Shown: positions 53,875-62,714 of the stretch, piece by piece | How the letters are laid out: each line of letters opens with the position of its first letter | Numbering within the stretch: position 1 is the stretch's first letter | Origin: Anaerolineae bacterium | Lineage (GTDB): Bacteria > Chloroflexota > Anaerolineae > Aggregatilineales > J027 | Assembly: GCA_019913005.1 (NCBI GenBank) | Contig: JAIOHL010000333.1 | Span: 100,885 to 164,884, forward strand | DNA length: 64,000 nt | Direction: 5' to 3' | Program-made: the position numbers and the translations under genes | Notes under the pieces: generated by a model | What the model was told of the DNA's origin: nothing | Databases searched by the model: none | The model's input: the letters and a program-made list of their open reading frames with translations, nothing else

Positions 53875-56376
53875 TTAGAGTACCCGCAATACGAAAAACA
53901 GACCGATTGCGAGCAGCATGACTGCCGTGAAGAGCAGATATTGCTGGACACGCCCGCTTTGTAGATTGCGGAACCAGCGTCCGCTCAGTCCGATGAGTTG
54001 TGGGATACCATCACCCACACCATCAATAATCACATGGTTGAAACGCTTAATGGCCTCGCCGATGTTGTTAAAGACCACCGCGACGGTTTCAAGGATGCCA
54101 TCAATCGTTTCTTTATCCACCTTGCGATAGGAGAATACGCGCCCGAACCATTCAAAGCCGCGATAGAAAGTCGCCAGATAAAGCGTATCGAAACCGAAAC
54201 GATCCTTGAGTGCCTGCCAAACTGGATCGCCGACCATGTTTTGCACGGGGTCTTTTTCGTAGCTATCGCGTGGCACGCCATATTTGACGTATGCAAAACC
54301 CGCACCAATGCTGAAAGCCAAAACCGACACAAGCACAGGCCATATCTTGAAGGGGACTGTCGCTGGCTCGTGTAACAACGATGCACCGACAAATTCATGG
54401 AAGAAATTATGGCTACCTGTAAACCATTCCAACACTGGGAAATCGCCATGAATTCCAACGAAACCCGCAAAAATCGCAAAGAAGGCCAAAACCACCAGCG
54501 GCCCTTGCATCAAGGCACTGTTGCTATATTGCAGCCAGAATTTCTTGGTGGATGTTTGGGCTTTGGCAAGTTCTTCGGGGTCAACATGATTCATCAGGGT
54601 GGCGTGTTCCGCCATTGCGCTGCGGGGTTTGCCCCAGAAGGTCAATAACCACATGCGGGTGGTGTAGAACGCGGTAAAGGTGGCTGCAATAACCAAGCTG
54701 AAGAATACCAACATATGCAACCATGGCGAATGACCTTCAAATTGTCCACTGTTGGTGATAAAGGTCATCGCATCAGCAATGATCTCGTCTTTTGACCAGA
54801 ACCCCGCTGTAATCAACGGAAAACCGACTAGGCTGGCTGATCCGGCTAACATCGCATAGGCGGTCACAGGAATTTTATGACGTAGGCCACCCATCAAAGC
54901 AATGTTATTGGGTTTCGCCACAAAATCGGGTTTCAAGCCCTGTGGAATACTGGTTTTCCATTCGGCATCATCGGGGAGTTCACCATTTGGCCCGACATAA
55001 TCCGTACCATAAGGGGTACGTTCGCCGGGTTGCAGATGACCCGCTTCAATGCCGTGTTCAATTTTCGCGTTCAGGTCGGCCCATGTATAGCTGCCGTGAC
55101 CGTGCGCGTGTTCGTCGTGGGTATGATGCTCGTCATGTCCATGTTCATCGTGACCATGCCCGTGTTCGGCGGCGTGTTCACCATGTTCCATCGCGTGAAT
55201 GACCGCACCGGAACTCATGAACAAAAGGGCCTTAAAAAATGCGTGGGTAATAAGGTGGAAGGCCGCCGCAACGTAAGCACCAATGCCGAGCGCCGCCACC
55301 ATAAACCCAAGCTGTGAAATCGTCGAATAGGCCAGCACGCGCTTGATGTCATTTTGACCGACACCCAAAATCGCCGCACCGAGGGCTGTGATAGAACCAA
55401 TCACCCCCATTAAGATGAGTGGGGCGGTGTATTCGGCGTGATGGGGATTGCCACCTGCTTCCAAGAGGGGGAATACGCGAATCACGGCATAGACACCAGC
55501 CGACACCATTGCTGCCGCATGAATCATAGCAGAAACGGGGGTCGGGCCTTCCATCGCGTCGGGCAGCCATGCGTGCAGCGGGAATTGGGCGGATTTACCG
55601 ATTGTCCCGATGACCAGCAGCAAGCCGATAATCGAAGCCGCGCTTAGGCCAATATACCCGGTCTGATCCGCGTTGCCGAGTCGTTCTATGATTTCCGCAT
55701 TGTTGGCAAAAAATATCTCATGGAATTTGAGCGTGCCCGCCTCAGCGTACAGATAACCAATCCCGACCAGCATCAGCACGTCGGCGACGCGGGTGGTCAT
55801 AAAGGCTTTGACGGCTGCTTGCTGGGCACTCTTCTTTTCAAAGAGGAAACCGATGAGTAGGTAGGAGCATAACCCCATAATTTCCCAACCCATAAACAAT
55901 AGCAGCAGGTTATCGGCCACCACCAGCGTCAACATCCCACCCGCGAACAAACTCAGATAGGCGAAGAAGCGCGAGTAGCGAATTTTGTGGGGGTCATCAT
56001 CCGGGTACGCGCCCATGTAGCCGACGCTGTAGATGAAGATCATCAGCATGGCAATCGGCACCATGAACAGCATCACGGCGGTCAGGGGATCAACCGCTAC
56101 ACCCATCTTGAACTCACTGAGGCCAACATCCATCCATGTGATGTCGTCCCCAAAAATCCGCAGGGTGGTTTCGTGAAAGCCAAAATCATCTGTGCCAGTG
56201 GCTTTTAGAAAAACACCAAAGGCCATCAAGAAGGACAACACCACCGAACCCACCGCGATGGAGTGACTAAGAACTTTATTGCGCCCGGTAAACAAAATAA
56301 TCAGCATAAAGCTAATTAGCGGCGGCACCGGGATGAGCCACGCCAGATAGTTTGCGTCTAGCCAATTTACATCCAT
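53875..56376 (-). CDS. nuoL: NADH-quinone oxidoreductase subunit L, unusually long (833 aa) with His-rich insertion
   Basis: ND5-type: [42 protein letters not shown]-like block, MGGLRHKIP. Residues 397-492 are an insertion that begins [32 protein letters not shown]. Confidence 0.85.
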   Translation of the reverse strand: [833 protein letters not shown]

Positions 56377-56430
56377 ACGTGTTCTCCAGACTAGTGCGCG
56401 AGCAGATTAACTATATCCGCTGCGACGGGT

Positions 56431-56739
56431 CTACCACTTCAGCATGTTAACGTCTTCAACAATGACCGTCTGGCGGCTGCGGTAGATGGAAATAATCAAT
56501 GCCAGACCGACGGCGGCTTCTGCGGCGGCGACGATAAACACGAAGGCCGCGAAGATTTGCCCATTAATTTCAAAGGGATTGAGATAGCGCCAAAAAGCTA
56601 CCAGATTGATATTGGCCGCGTTCAGCATCAACTCAACCGACATCACAATGGCAATCGCGTTACGCCGTGCCAGTGCGCCATACGCGCCAATCGCAAACAG
56701 CGCCGCCGATACCACCAGATAGAACCACAACGGAACCAT
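56431..56739 (-). CDS. nuoK: NADH-quinone oxidoreductase subunit K
   Basis: 102 aa with 3 TM helices. ...ALARRNAIAIVMSVELMLNAANINLVAF... is the NuoK signature. Confidence 0.9.
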   Translation of the reverse strand: MVPLWFYLVVSAALFAIGAYGALARRNAIAIVMSVELMLNAANINLVAFWRYLNPFEINGQIFAAFVFIVAAAEAAVGLALIISIYRSRQTVIVEDVNMLKW

Positions 56740-56759
56740 AATTTCTGCTCCTAAAAAAA

Positions 56760-57395
56760 TCAGGCTTCGTCTTCGCGGGCAACTACAATCGCCCCGATGA
56801 GTGCCGCTGTCAGCAAAATAGAGGCCAATTCAAATGGCAGCACAAACCCATCGCGCGTGACGAGGGCTTCTCCAATGGCCTCAACCGTTACAAAATTCAG
56901 TTGGTCGTTGGGTTTGACCTTTAATTCGCCATTTTCATCGCGTTCGTCAGTGTCAACGGGCAAATCGGCATTTAGCCTACTAATACGCTGTCCCAAACTA
57001 TCCTTCTCATCCCCACCAAAAATATCCTTGAACCATTGTTCATCTACTAGCGGGGAGACGGTAACAAATAGAATGAGGAACAAGACCAATGCCACCGCAG
57101 CAGCAGCAGGCCACTGGGTATTTTGGGTTTCTTCTAGGCCCATCATCCGGCGGGTCAACATGATAGCGAACAAAACCAAAATCGCAATCGCGCCGATATA
57201 AACCAATACTTGCACCGCAGCAAGGAAGGGGGCAACCAGCAAAACAAACAGGCCAGATGTCCCAAAAAGGCTCAACATCAAAAACAGCGCGGAGTGCCAC
57301 AGATTACGGCTGATAACCACCATCAACCCGCCGCCGAGTGTCATCACCGCGAAAGCAGCAAAGGCTATTGTTTGCCATGTAATTTCCATGTGCAA
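56760..57395 (-). CDS. nuoJ: NADH-quinone oxidoreductase subunit J
   Basis: 211 aa. ...NLWHSALFLMLSLFGTSGLFVLL...FLAAVQVLVYIGAIAILVLFAIML. It has a long acidic loop before the last TM helix. Confidence 0.85.
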   Translation of the reverse strand: MHMEITWQTIAFAAFAVMTLGGGLMVVISRNLWHSALFLMLSLFGTSGLFVLLVAPFLAAVQVLVYIGAIAILVLFAIMLTRRMMGLEETQNTQWPAAAAVALVLFLILFVTVSPLVDEQWFKDIFGGDEKDSLGQRISRLNADLPVDTDERDENGELKVKPNDQLNFVTVEAIGEALVTRDGFVLPFELASILLTAALIGAIVVAREDEA

Positions 57396-57420
57396 AATCC
57401 TCTCAACAAGTCACGAAAAA

Positions 57421-58650
57421 TTAATCCCCGGCGGGGGCGGTAGTCGGATGGGCCGCTGGATAGGCCTCACGTAATTTGGCGGTGGTTTCTTCGCGCACCC
57501 GCAAAATCGCATTCCGCAGTATCCGCAGTGAATAGACCAATAGGAGGGCGCTAGTCACAAACATCACCCCCATACGCAGCAGGGCTTCCCCATTAAACAG
57601 GCGTTCAAATACATTGCCCGTCACATCCGGCTCTGGTAGCACTTTCCACAAGAAACCCGTAATCAAGAGATGGACGATGGACACGGGTACAAGGAATTTC
57701 CAGTTGAACGCCATCATCTGGTCAATACGGAAGCGTGGCAGGGTCAAACGAACCCACATCGTCAAGAAGTAGATGAAAAACGCCTTCGCTGTCAGATAGA
57801 GAATGCCCAACGCGGGTACGTCTTGGACAAACGGCCCTTGCCAGCCACCCATAAACAGCGTCGCGGCAAACACACCGATCAAGAAAGCGTGCAGGAATTC
57901 GGCCAGATAGAACATCGCAAAGGCCATGCCGCTGTATTCGATCATGAACCCGGCGACCAATTCCGATTCCGCTTCAATCAGGTCGAAGGGCGAACGCCCT
58001 ACTTCACCGAGGTTGCTCAACACAAAGATGACAAACGCAGCCGGGGCATAGAAAAACACCCAATAATTATCGCCCTGAAAATCCACAATCTTCTGCATAC
58101 TCATTGTGCCCGCCAACATGACCGGAACGAGCAGGGTGAAGACCAGCGGGATTTCATAGCTTATCAATTGAGCGACTGTGCGAAAAGCGCCGAGCAGTGC
58201 ATATTTGTTATTGCTGCCCCAACCCGCCATAACCACGCCGATGGTGGCAAGCGAGCTAATGGCGATAAAATAAAGCGCCCCGATGGAAAGGTCAGTCCCG
58301 ATGATATTGGGGCCAAGCGGCACGACTGCCACCATCATAATGACTGACACCACCATCAGAATGGGTGACAGCAGATAGGGCATACGGTCAACATTGCGCG
58401 GGAAAATCAATTCTTTGCCTAGCAATTTCACTACGTCGGGGATGGATTGTAGCAACCCAAACGGCCCCACACGATTTGGCCCGACGCGGTTTTGGAAACG
58501 AGCCGCCACTTTACGTTCAACCCAGATGGTGAAAATGGGCAGCAGCAAGAACACCGTCGCCAGCAACAGGGCGCTGATATATATCCCCAGTGTATTGGCG
58601 AGGCCGTCGCTCAGGCCAGCGTCTTTTAAAAGCTCACTCACATAATACAT
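57421..58650 (-). CDS. nuoH: NADH-quinone oxidoreductase subunit H, with C-terminal extension
   Basis: 409 aa. ERKVAARFQNRVGPNRVGPFGLLQSIPD and EAESELVAGFMIEYSG. About 70 extra C-terminal residues include one more hydrophobic helix (LLRMGVMFVTSALLLVYSL). Confidence 0.9.
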   Translation of the reverse strand: MYYVSELLKDAGLSDGLANTLGIYISALLLATVFLLLPIFTIWVERKVAARFQNRVGPNRVGPFGLLQSIPDVVKLLGKELIFPRNVDRMPYLLSPILMVVSVIMMVAVVPLGPNIIGTDLSIGALYFIAISSLATIGVVMAGWGSNNKYALLGAFRTVAQLISYEIPLVFTLLVPVMLAGTMSMQKIVDFQGDNYWVFFYAPAAFVIFVLSNLGEVGRSPFDLIEAESELVAGFMIEYSGMAFAMFYLAEFLHAFLIGVFAATLFMGGWQGPFVQDVPALGILYLTAKAFFIYFLTMWVRLTLPRFRIDQMMAFNWKFLVPVSIVHLLITGFLWKVLPEPDVTGNVFERLFNGEALLRMGVMFVTSALLLVYSLRILRNAILRVREETTAKLREAYPAAHPTTAPAGD

Positions 58651-58722
58651 AGTTCGTTACTCCCGATCTACACACAAAATATCGGCCTGTGCAGCCGATT
58701 TGGGTGAGTATTTCCTGTACCT

Positions 58723-59082
58723 CTATGACCACTCCAACGCGCCTTTTTTCCACGCATAGGCTAGACCTTCGACCAACAGCAGAATAAAAATTGCCCCGGC
58801 CATGTAGGAGAAAAAGTCTAACTTGGCATAGGCAACCGCCCATGGAAACAAGAAGATCATTTCCACATCAAACACAAGGAAAATAATCGCGTACAAATAA
58901 TATTGCACTTTGATCTGTCCCCATGTGTCGCCTACGGTCTCGATCCCGCACTCATACACATCGTTCTTGATGCGATTGGCGCGTTTGGGTGCGATGAAGT
59001 AGTTCATAATGATTGGCGCAAGCGGGAGCAACCATGCGATTGAAAGGAATGCTCCGACAAAGGCCCACTGATTTAGTTCCAT
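58723..59082 (-). CDS. nuoA: NADH-quinone oxidoreductase subunit A
   Basis: 119 aa. ...YECGIETVGD...YYLYAIIFLVFDVEMIFLFPWAV. Confidence 0.9.
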   Translation of the reverse strand: MELNQWAFVGAFLSIAWLLPLAPIIMNYFIAPKRANRIKNDVYECGIETVGDTWGQIKVQYYLYAIIFLVFDVEMIFLFPWAVAYAKLDFFSYMAGAIFILLLVEGLAYAWKKGALEWS

Positions 59083-59175
59083 GCGACACGTTCTCCACTG
59101 CCAAACACTTGGTTTGCATGTGTAAAGCGAATTTTAATAATGCCGTGAATAAGCGTTTGTGAATTACAGCGCGAA

Positions 59176-59204
59176 AGTATAACGCAGGGTCAACGGCTTG
59201 ACAA
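59176..59204 (-). promoter_or_regulatory. Candidate promoter of the nuo cluster
   Basis: On the minus strand: TTGTCA (59204-59199), a 17-nt spacer, then TATACT (59181-59176). The -10 context TATACTTTCGC is identical over 11 nt to the his promoter. It lies about 94 nt upstream of the nuoA ATG. Confidence 0.5.
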
Positions 59205-59313
59205 CATTACATAAACTTAAGGTTCGCGCAAAAATTAACGCGGGGCAAATTCTAACATATGGGGGGCGAAAAAAACATCAAATGATTTCCGCCACCCCTA
59301 ATCCACTTAAAAA

Positions 59314-60675
59314 TTATTCACCGTTGAACAAAGTCCGAGCGATTTGATTGTGGCGTTCAATGACAGGTTCAATCTCTAATGTAGTGATGCGGCCTTCGCG
59401 GATGACCACCCGCCCATTGATGACACTATAATCAACAGTGGCAGGGGTACAGAACACCAATGCAGCGACAATATCATGATGTGCCCCGGCAAATGCTACA
59501 GTGTTAACATTGATAGCAATAAAATCTGCCGCCATGCCCGGTGCGATGCTGCCGATGTCATCCCGGCCCAAGATCCGCGCCCCGCCAAGTGTGCCTAATT
59601 CCAGCGCCTCGCGTGCCGTCAAACCCGCCGGATCGCCGCCTGCCCGTGCGCTCAACATCGCCATCCGTGCTTCAGCTAACAGATGTCCACTGTCATTGGA
59701 GGCCGAACCATCTACTCCCAAGCCAACCGGGACGCCGTATGTCAACATTTTGCGCACCCGTGCGATATTGCTGCCGAGGCGTAGATTACTGGTTGGGCAG
59801 TGAGCCACCCCCGTCCCTGTGCGGCCAAATTTTTCAATGGCGTCGTCGCTGAGATGGACACAATGCGCGTGCCATGTATCCTCACCAACCCACCCAACTT
59901 CTTCCGCGTAATCACCGGGGGCAAGGCCAAATTTCTCGATGCTATAGGCGACATCCGGCTTGGTTTCGGCGAGATGGGTATGCAAGCGGACGGCGGGATA
60001 GCTGCGGGCCATTTTTGCCGATTCGCGCATCAAATCTACCGAGACCGTAAATGGTGAGCATGGCGCAAGGGTAATCCGCAGCATGGCATAACGCTTGGGA
60101 TCGTGATAGGTCTCAATTAGGCGCTGCGAGTCCTTTAAAATAAAAGGTTCTTTTTCGACCACTGAATCCGGCGGCAGCCCGCCTTGACTCTCCCCCACGC
60201 TCATACTGCCACGACTGGCATGAAAGCGCATTCCGATGGCTTGAGCCGATTCAATTTCGTCATCGAGCGTACAGCCATTGGGATATATATAGAGGTGGTC
60301 GCTGGCGGTGGTGCAACCGGACAGCATCAATTCCGCCAGACCAATCTTGGTACTGACCTTAATCGCTTCGGGATGCAACCCTTTCCAAATCGGATAGAGC
60401 GTTTTTAGCCAGTCAAAGAGTTCGTAATTTTGGGCCAGTGGGATAACGCGGGTTAGGCTTTGATACAGATGATGATGGGTGTTGACCAACCCCGGCATGA
60501 CAACATGGTGGCCTTTCATATCCAACACTTCATCCGCAGTGGAGGGAAGTTCAGCAGTTGTCCCCACCTGTTCAATCACATTGTCTCGCACCAAAATCGC
60601 GCCGTTGGGGATTTCGCGGCGGGTGGCATCCATAGTCACAAGGGTATGAATATTTTTAACGAGAAGGGTTCCCAT
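59314..60675 (-). CDS. Amidohydrolase, 8-oxoguanine deaminase / chlorohydrolase-like
   Basis: 453 aa. PGLVNTHHHLYQSLTR, HLAET and GVDGSASND are metal-ligand motifs of this amidohydrolase subgroup. Confidence 0.65.
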   Translation of the reverse strand: MGTLLVKNIHTLVTMDATRREIPNGAILVRDNVIEQVGTTAELPSTADEVLDMKGHHVVMPGLVNTHHHLYQSLTRVIPLAQNYELFDWLKTLYPIWKGLHPEAIKVSTKIGLAELMLSGCTTASDHLYIYPNGCTLDDEIESAQAIGMRFHASRGSMSVGESQGGLPPDSVVEKEPFILKDSQRLIETYHDPKRYAMLRITLAPCSPFTVSVDLMRESAKMARSYPAVRLHTHLAETKPDVAYSIEKFGLAPGDYAEEVGWVGEDTWHAHCVHLSDDAIEKFGRTGTGVAHCPTSNLRLGSNIARVRKMLTYGVPVGLGVDGSASNDSGHLLAEARMAMLSARAGGDPAGLTAREALELGTLGGARILGRDDIGSIAPGMAADFIAINVNTVAFAGAHHDIVAALVFCTPATVDYSVINGRVVIREGRITTLEIEPVIERHNQIARTLFNGE

Positions 60676-60693
60676 AATATTTTCCTGCGGTGA

Positions 60694-61356
60694 TTAGCTT
60701 GGATTCAATGTTTCGGCAATATCCTCCCGAAACGCTAAGTAACGGTCTAAAAATGCGTCAATTTCATGTACCGATTGGCTGGCGAAAATATGTAGGGCGG
60801 CGACAGTCGCAGTAATCGCGGCGGCGGCTTCAGGTTTAAAGGCCGTCTGTCCCTCATCCTGCCAAATATTATCGCGCTGGGTCGTAATTGGATGCTGCTT
60901 GCTAGGATAGGTGTACATAGCGATGATGGGGGAAGTTGGCACGGCATTATCTACCCGTCCAGCATGGGCAATGCAATAACTATCTTGGAGGGTGTGCAGG
61001 GCACTGCCAAACGCGAGGGCACGGTCTTCCCACGACAAACTATCGTCACAGCCTTTGGTGAAGCCGCGTTTGATCGTTTCGCGCAAAAGCGGATAGGCCT
61101 TGGCGACTTTTTGTTTGCGACAGCGCATGGCATGGGAGGGGTGATCGCCATATTTACAAGATGCCCCACGCACCGCCATGACGATAATTTCCCAAGCGGA
61201 TACACACTTGTCGGTTTGAATGTTGGGAATATCCGTGCGGACATTTCCCAAAATCAACCAATCCAATTGAACATCGGGGGGCATTTTTCCACCTTGCGTC
61301 TCAAAATCAGCCGCCGCCTGACGCATCAGGTGTTCATGCCCCTCGCCAAACCGCAC
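60694..61356 (-). CDS. Hypothetical protein (possible zinc-dependent PLC/P1-nuclease-like helical fold)
   Basis: 220-aa ORF with a GTG start. LHTLQDSYCIAHA resembles the H-x-x-x-D...H metal motif of that fold only weakly. Confidence 0.4.
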   Translation of the reverse strand: MRFGEGHEHLMRQAAADFETQGGKMPPDVQLDWLILGNVRTDIPNIQTDKCVSAWEIIVMAVRGASCKYGDHPSHAMRCRKQKVAKAYPLLRETIKRGFTKGCDDSLSWEDRALAFGSALHTLQDSYCIAHAGRVDNAVPTSPIIAMYTYPSKQHPITTQRDNIWQDEGQTAFKPEAAAAITATVAALHIFASQSVHEIDAFLDRYLAFREDIAETLNPS

Positions 61357-61446
61357 AATAATTTTTCCAAATAGGGTGATGTTCGCGCCGGTATAGAAAG
61401 CACACCTTCCTTTGTGGGGTCTACCTATATCCGGCGGGATATTACC

Positions 61447-62334
61447 CTATTTGACTGTTTTCGCCAGCATCAACTCCGCGCCGCTGAGGGTATTTTTCAG
61501 CAGCATGGCAATTGTCATCGGGCCAACGCCGCCGGGGACGGGGGTAATCGCGCCCGCCACCTCTTTGGCTTCATCAAAGGCCACATCACCTACCAGTCTA
61601 TAGCCCTTCTTGCTGGCCGGGTCATCCACACGATTGACCCCGACATCAATTACCGTCGCGCCGGGCTTAATCCAATCGCCCTTGACCATTTCCGCCCGAC
61701 CCACCGCCGCAATCAAAATATCGGCTTGGCGGCAGATACCGGGCAAATCACGGGTACGACTATGAGCAATCGTGACGGTGGCATTGCGTTTGACCAGCAT
61801 CAGCGCGGCAGGCATCCCGACGATATTGCTGCGCCCTAACACCACCGCATTCGCACCATCAAATTTGACCCCGACATCCTCTAGCAGCACCATACAACCG
61901 TGTGGAGTACAGGGCATAAAGAGGGGTTCACGGCCTTTCATCGCCAGCCGTCCGATATTCAGTGGGTGGAAGCCGTCCACGTCTTTTTCGATACTAATCA
62001 GGCTCAAAACCGCCTCAGAATCGAGATGGTCGGGTAAGGGCAGTTGTACCAAAATGCCGTGTACACGCGGGTCAGCATTGAGGTCGCGCACCACATTTTC
62101 TAATTCGGCTTGGGTGATGCTGGCGGGTAGCTCATAACCGAACGATTCAATCCCTACCTCGGCACAAGCCTTGCGTTTCATCCGCACATAGGTCTGCGAA
62201 GCGGGGTTTTCTCCTACCAAAACTGCCGCCAAACCGGGACGAATGCCGTGTTGTGCGACCATTTTTTCAACCGCCTCGGCTGTTTGATGATGCAAACGAT
62301 CCGCGACAGCTTTGCCATCAATAAGGGTTGCCAT
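61447..62334 (-). CDS. folD: Bifunctional methylenetetrahydrofolate dehydrogenase/cyclohydrolase
   Basis: [11 protein letters not shown]...[14 protein letters not shown]...GILVQLPLP...GRSNIVGMP...[11 protein letters not shown] use ATG 62334; the track start 62370 adds 12 unlikely residues. Confidence 0.9.
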   Translation of the reverse strand: MATLIDGKAVADRLHHQTAEAVEKMVAQHGIRPGLAAVLVGENPASQTYVRMKRKACAEVGIESFGYELPASITQAELENVVRDLNADPRVHGILVQLPLPDHLDSEAVLSLISIEKDVDGFHPLNIGRLAMKGREPLFMPCTPHGCMVLLEDVGVKFDGANAVVLGRSNIVGMPAALMLVKRNATVTIAHSRTRDLPGICRQADILIAAVGRAEMVKGDWIKPGATVIDVGVNRVDDPASKKGYRLVGDVAFDEAKEVAGAITPVPGGVGPMTIAMLLKNTLSGAELMLAKTVK

Positions 62335-62714
62335 TGATTTTCCTCCTAAATGGATTGCCCCCAAATTCAATTTGAACTAAGCTAACGCTGTGGGTGCAAT
62401 CGTACCTACAGTTTCTAGGCTAACACACCCTACACGCCTTGCAAAAGTGTGAAGCGGCTATGTTGTAGCGGCCTTTTGTCAGGCCTTTTTGTCAAGGACT
62501 TCCGACAAATTTTCTACAAATATGCGCGATTATTTGCCGGGTAGTCAGGTAACATTAAGACAGGTGGTTAGAAGATTTTTTCAACCCCTATGCTTGTGTG
62601 CTATCTCAACAGCAATTTTAGCGATTAGGGACTTAGCCTAAGCAAAAACGTTCATGCAAAAACATCCTATCTGTTTAATGTCATTTAGGTAGGCTTAGGA
62701 GAGGATAACGGATT

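Noticed and set aside
55093-55188. A stretch rich in short GTG/CAT/CGT repeats that looks like a microsatellite or degenerate tandem repeat.
   Set aside because: It is in frame within nuoL and encodes the His/Asp/Glu tract. The repeat-like appearance is explained by repeated His (CAT/CAC) and Asp/Glu codons. It is reported as a protein-level finding instead.
57670-58347. A 225-aa plus-strand ORF antisense to nuoH. Similar long antisense ORFs occur at 10205..10729, 19227..19859, 32749..33243, 37426..37953, 39908..40540, 40755..41276 and 60892..61374.
   Set aside because: Each lies entirely inside a well-supported gene on the other strand. Their translations are Arg/His/Gly/Pro-rich low-complexity sequence with no motifs. 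This is typical of shadow ORFs in GC-rich coding DNA.
59261-59298. An inverted repeat GGGGGGCG...CGCCACCCC downstream of the amidohydrolase gene, considered as its terminator.
   Set aside because: It has a 21-nt loop and a bulged base, and no U-tract follows it on the minus-strand transcript. That is not convincing as an intrinsic terminator.
62470-62494. A tandem GGCCTTTTGTCA / GGCCTTTTTGTCA direct repeat in the folD-pilin intergenic region.
   Set aside because: There are only two copies, with no further periodicity and no associated structure. It is likely chance or a weak hairpin (GGCC...GGCC).
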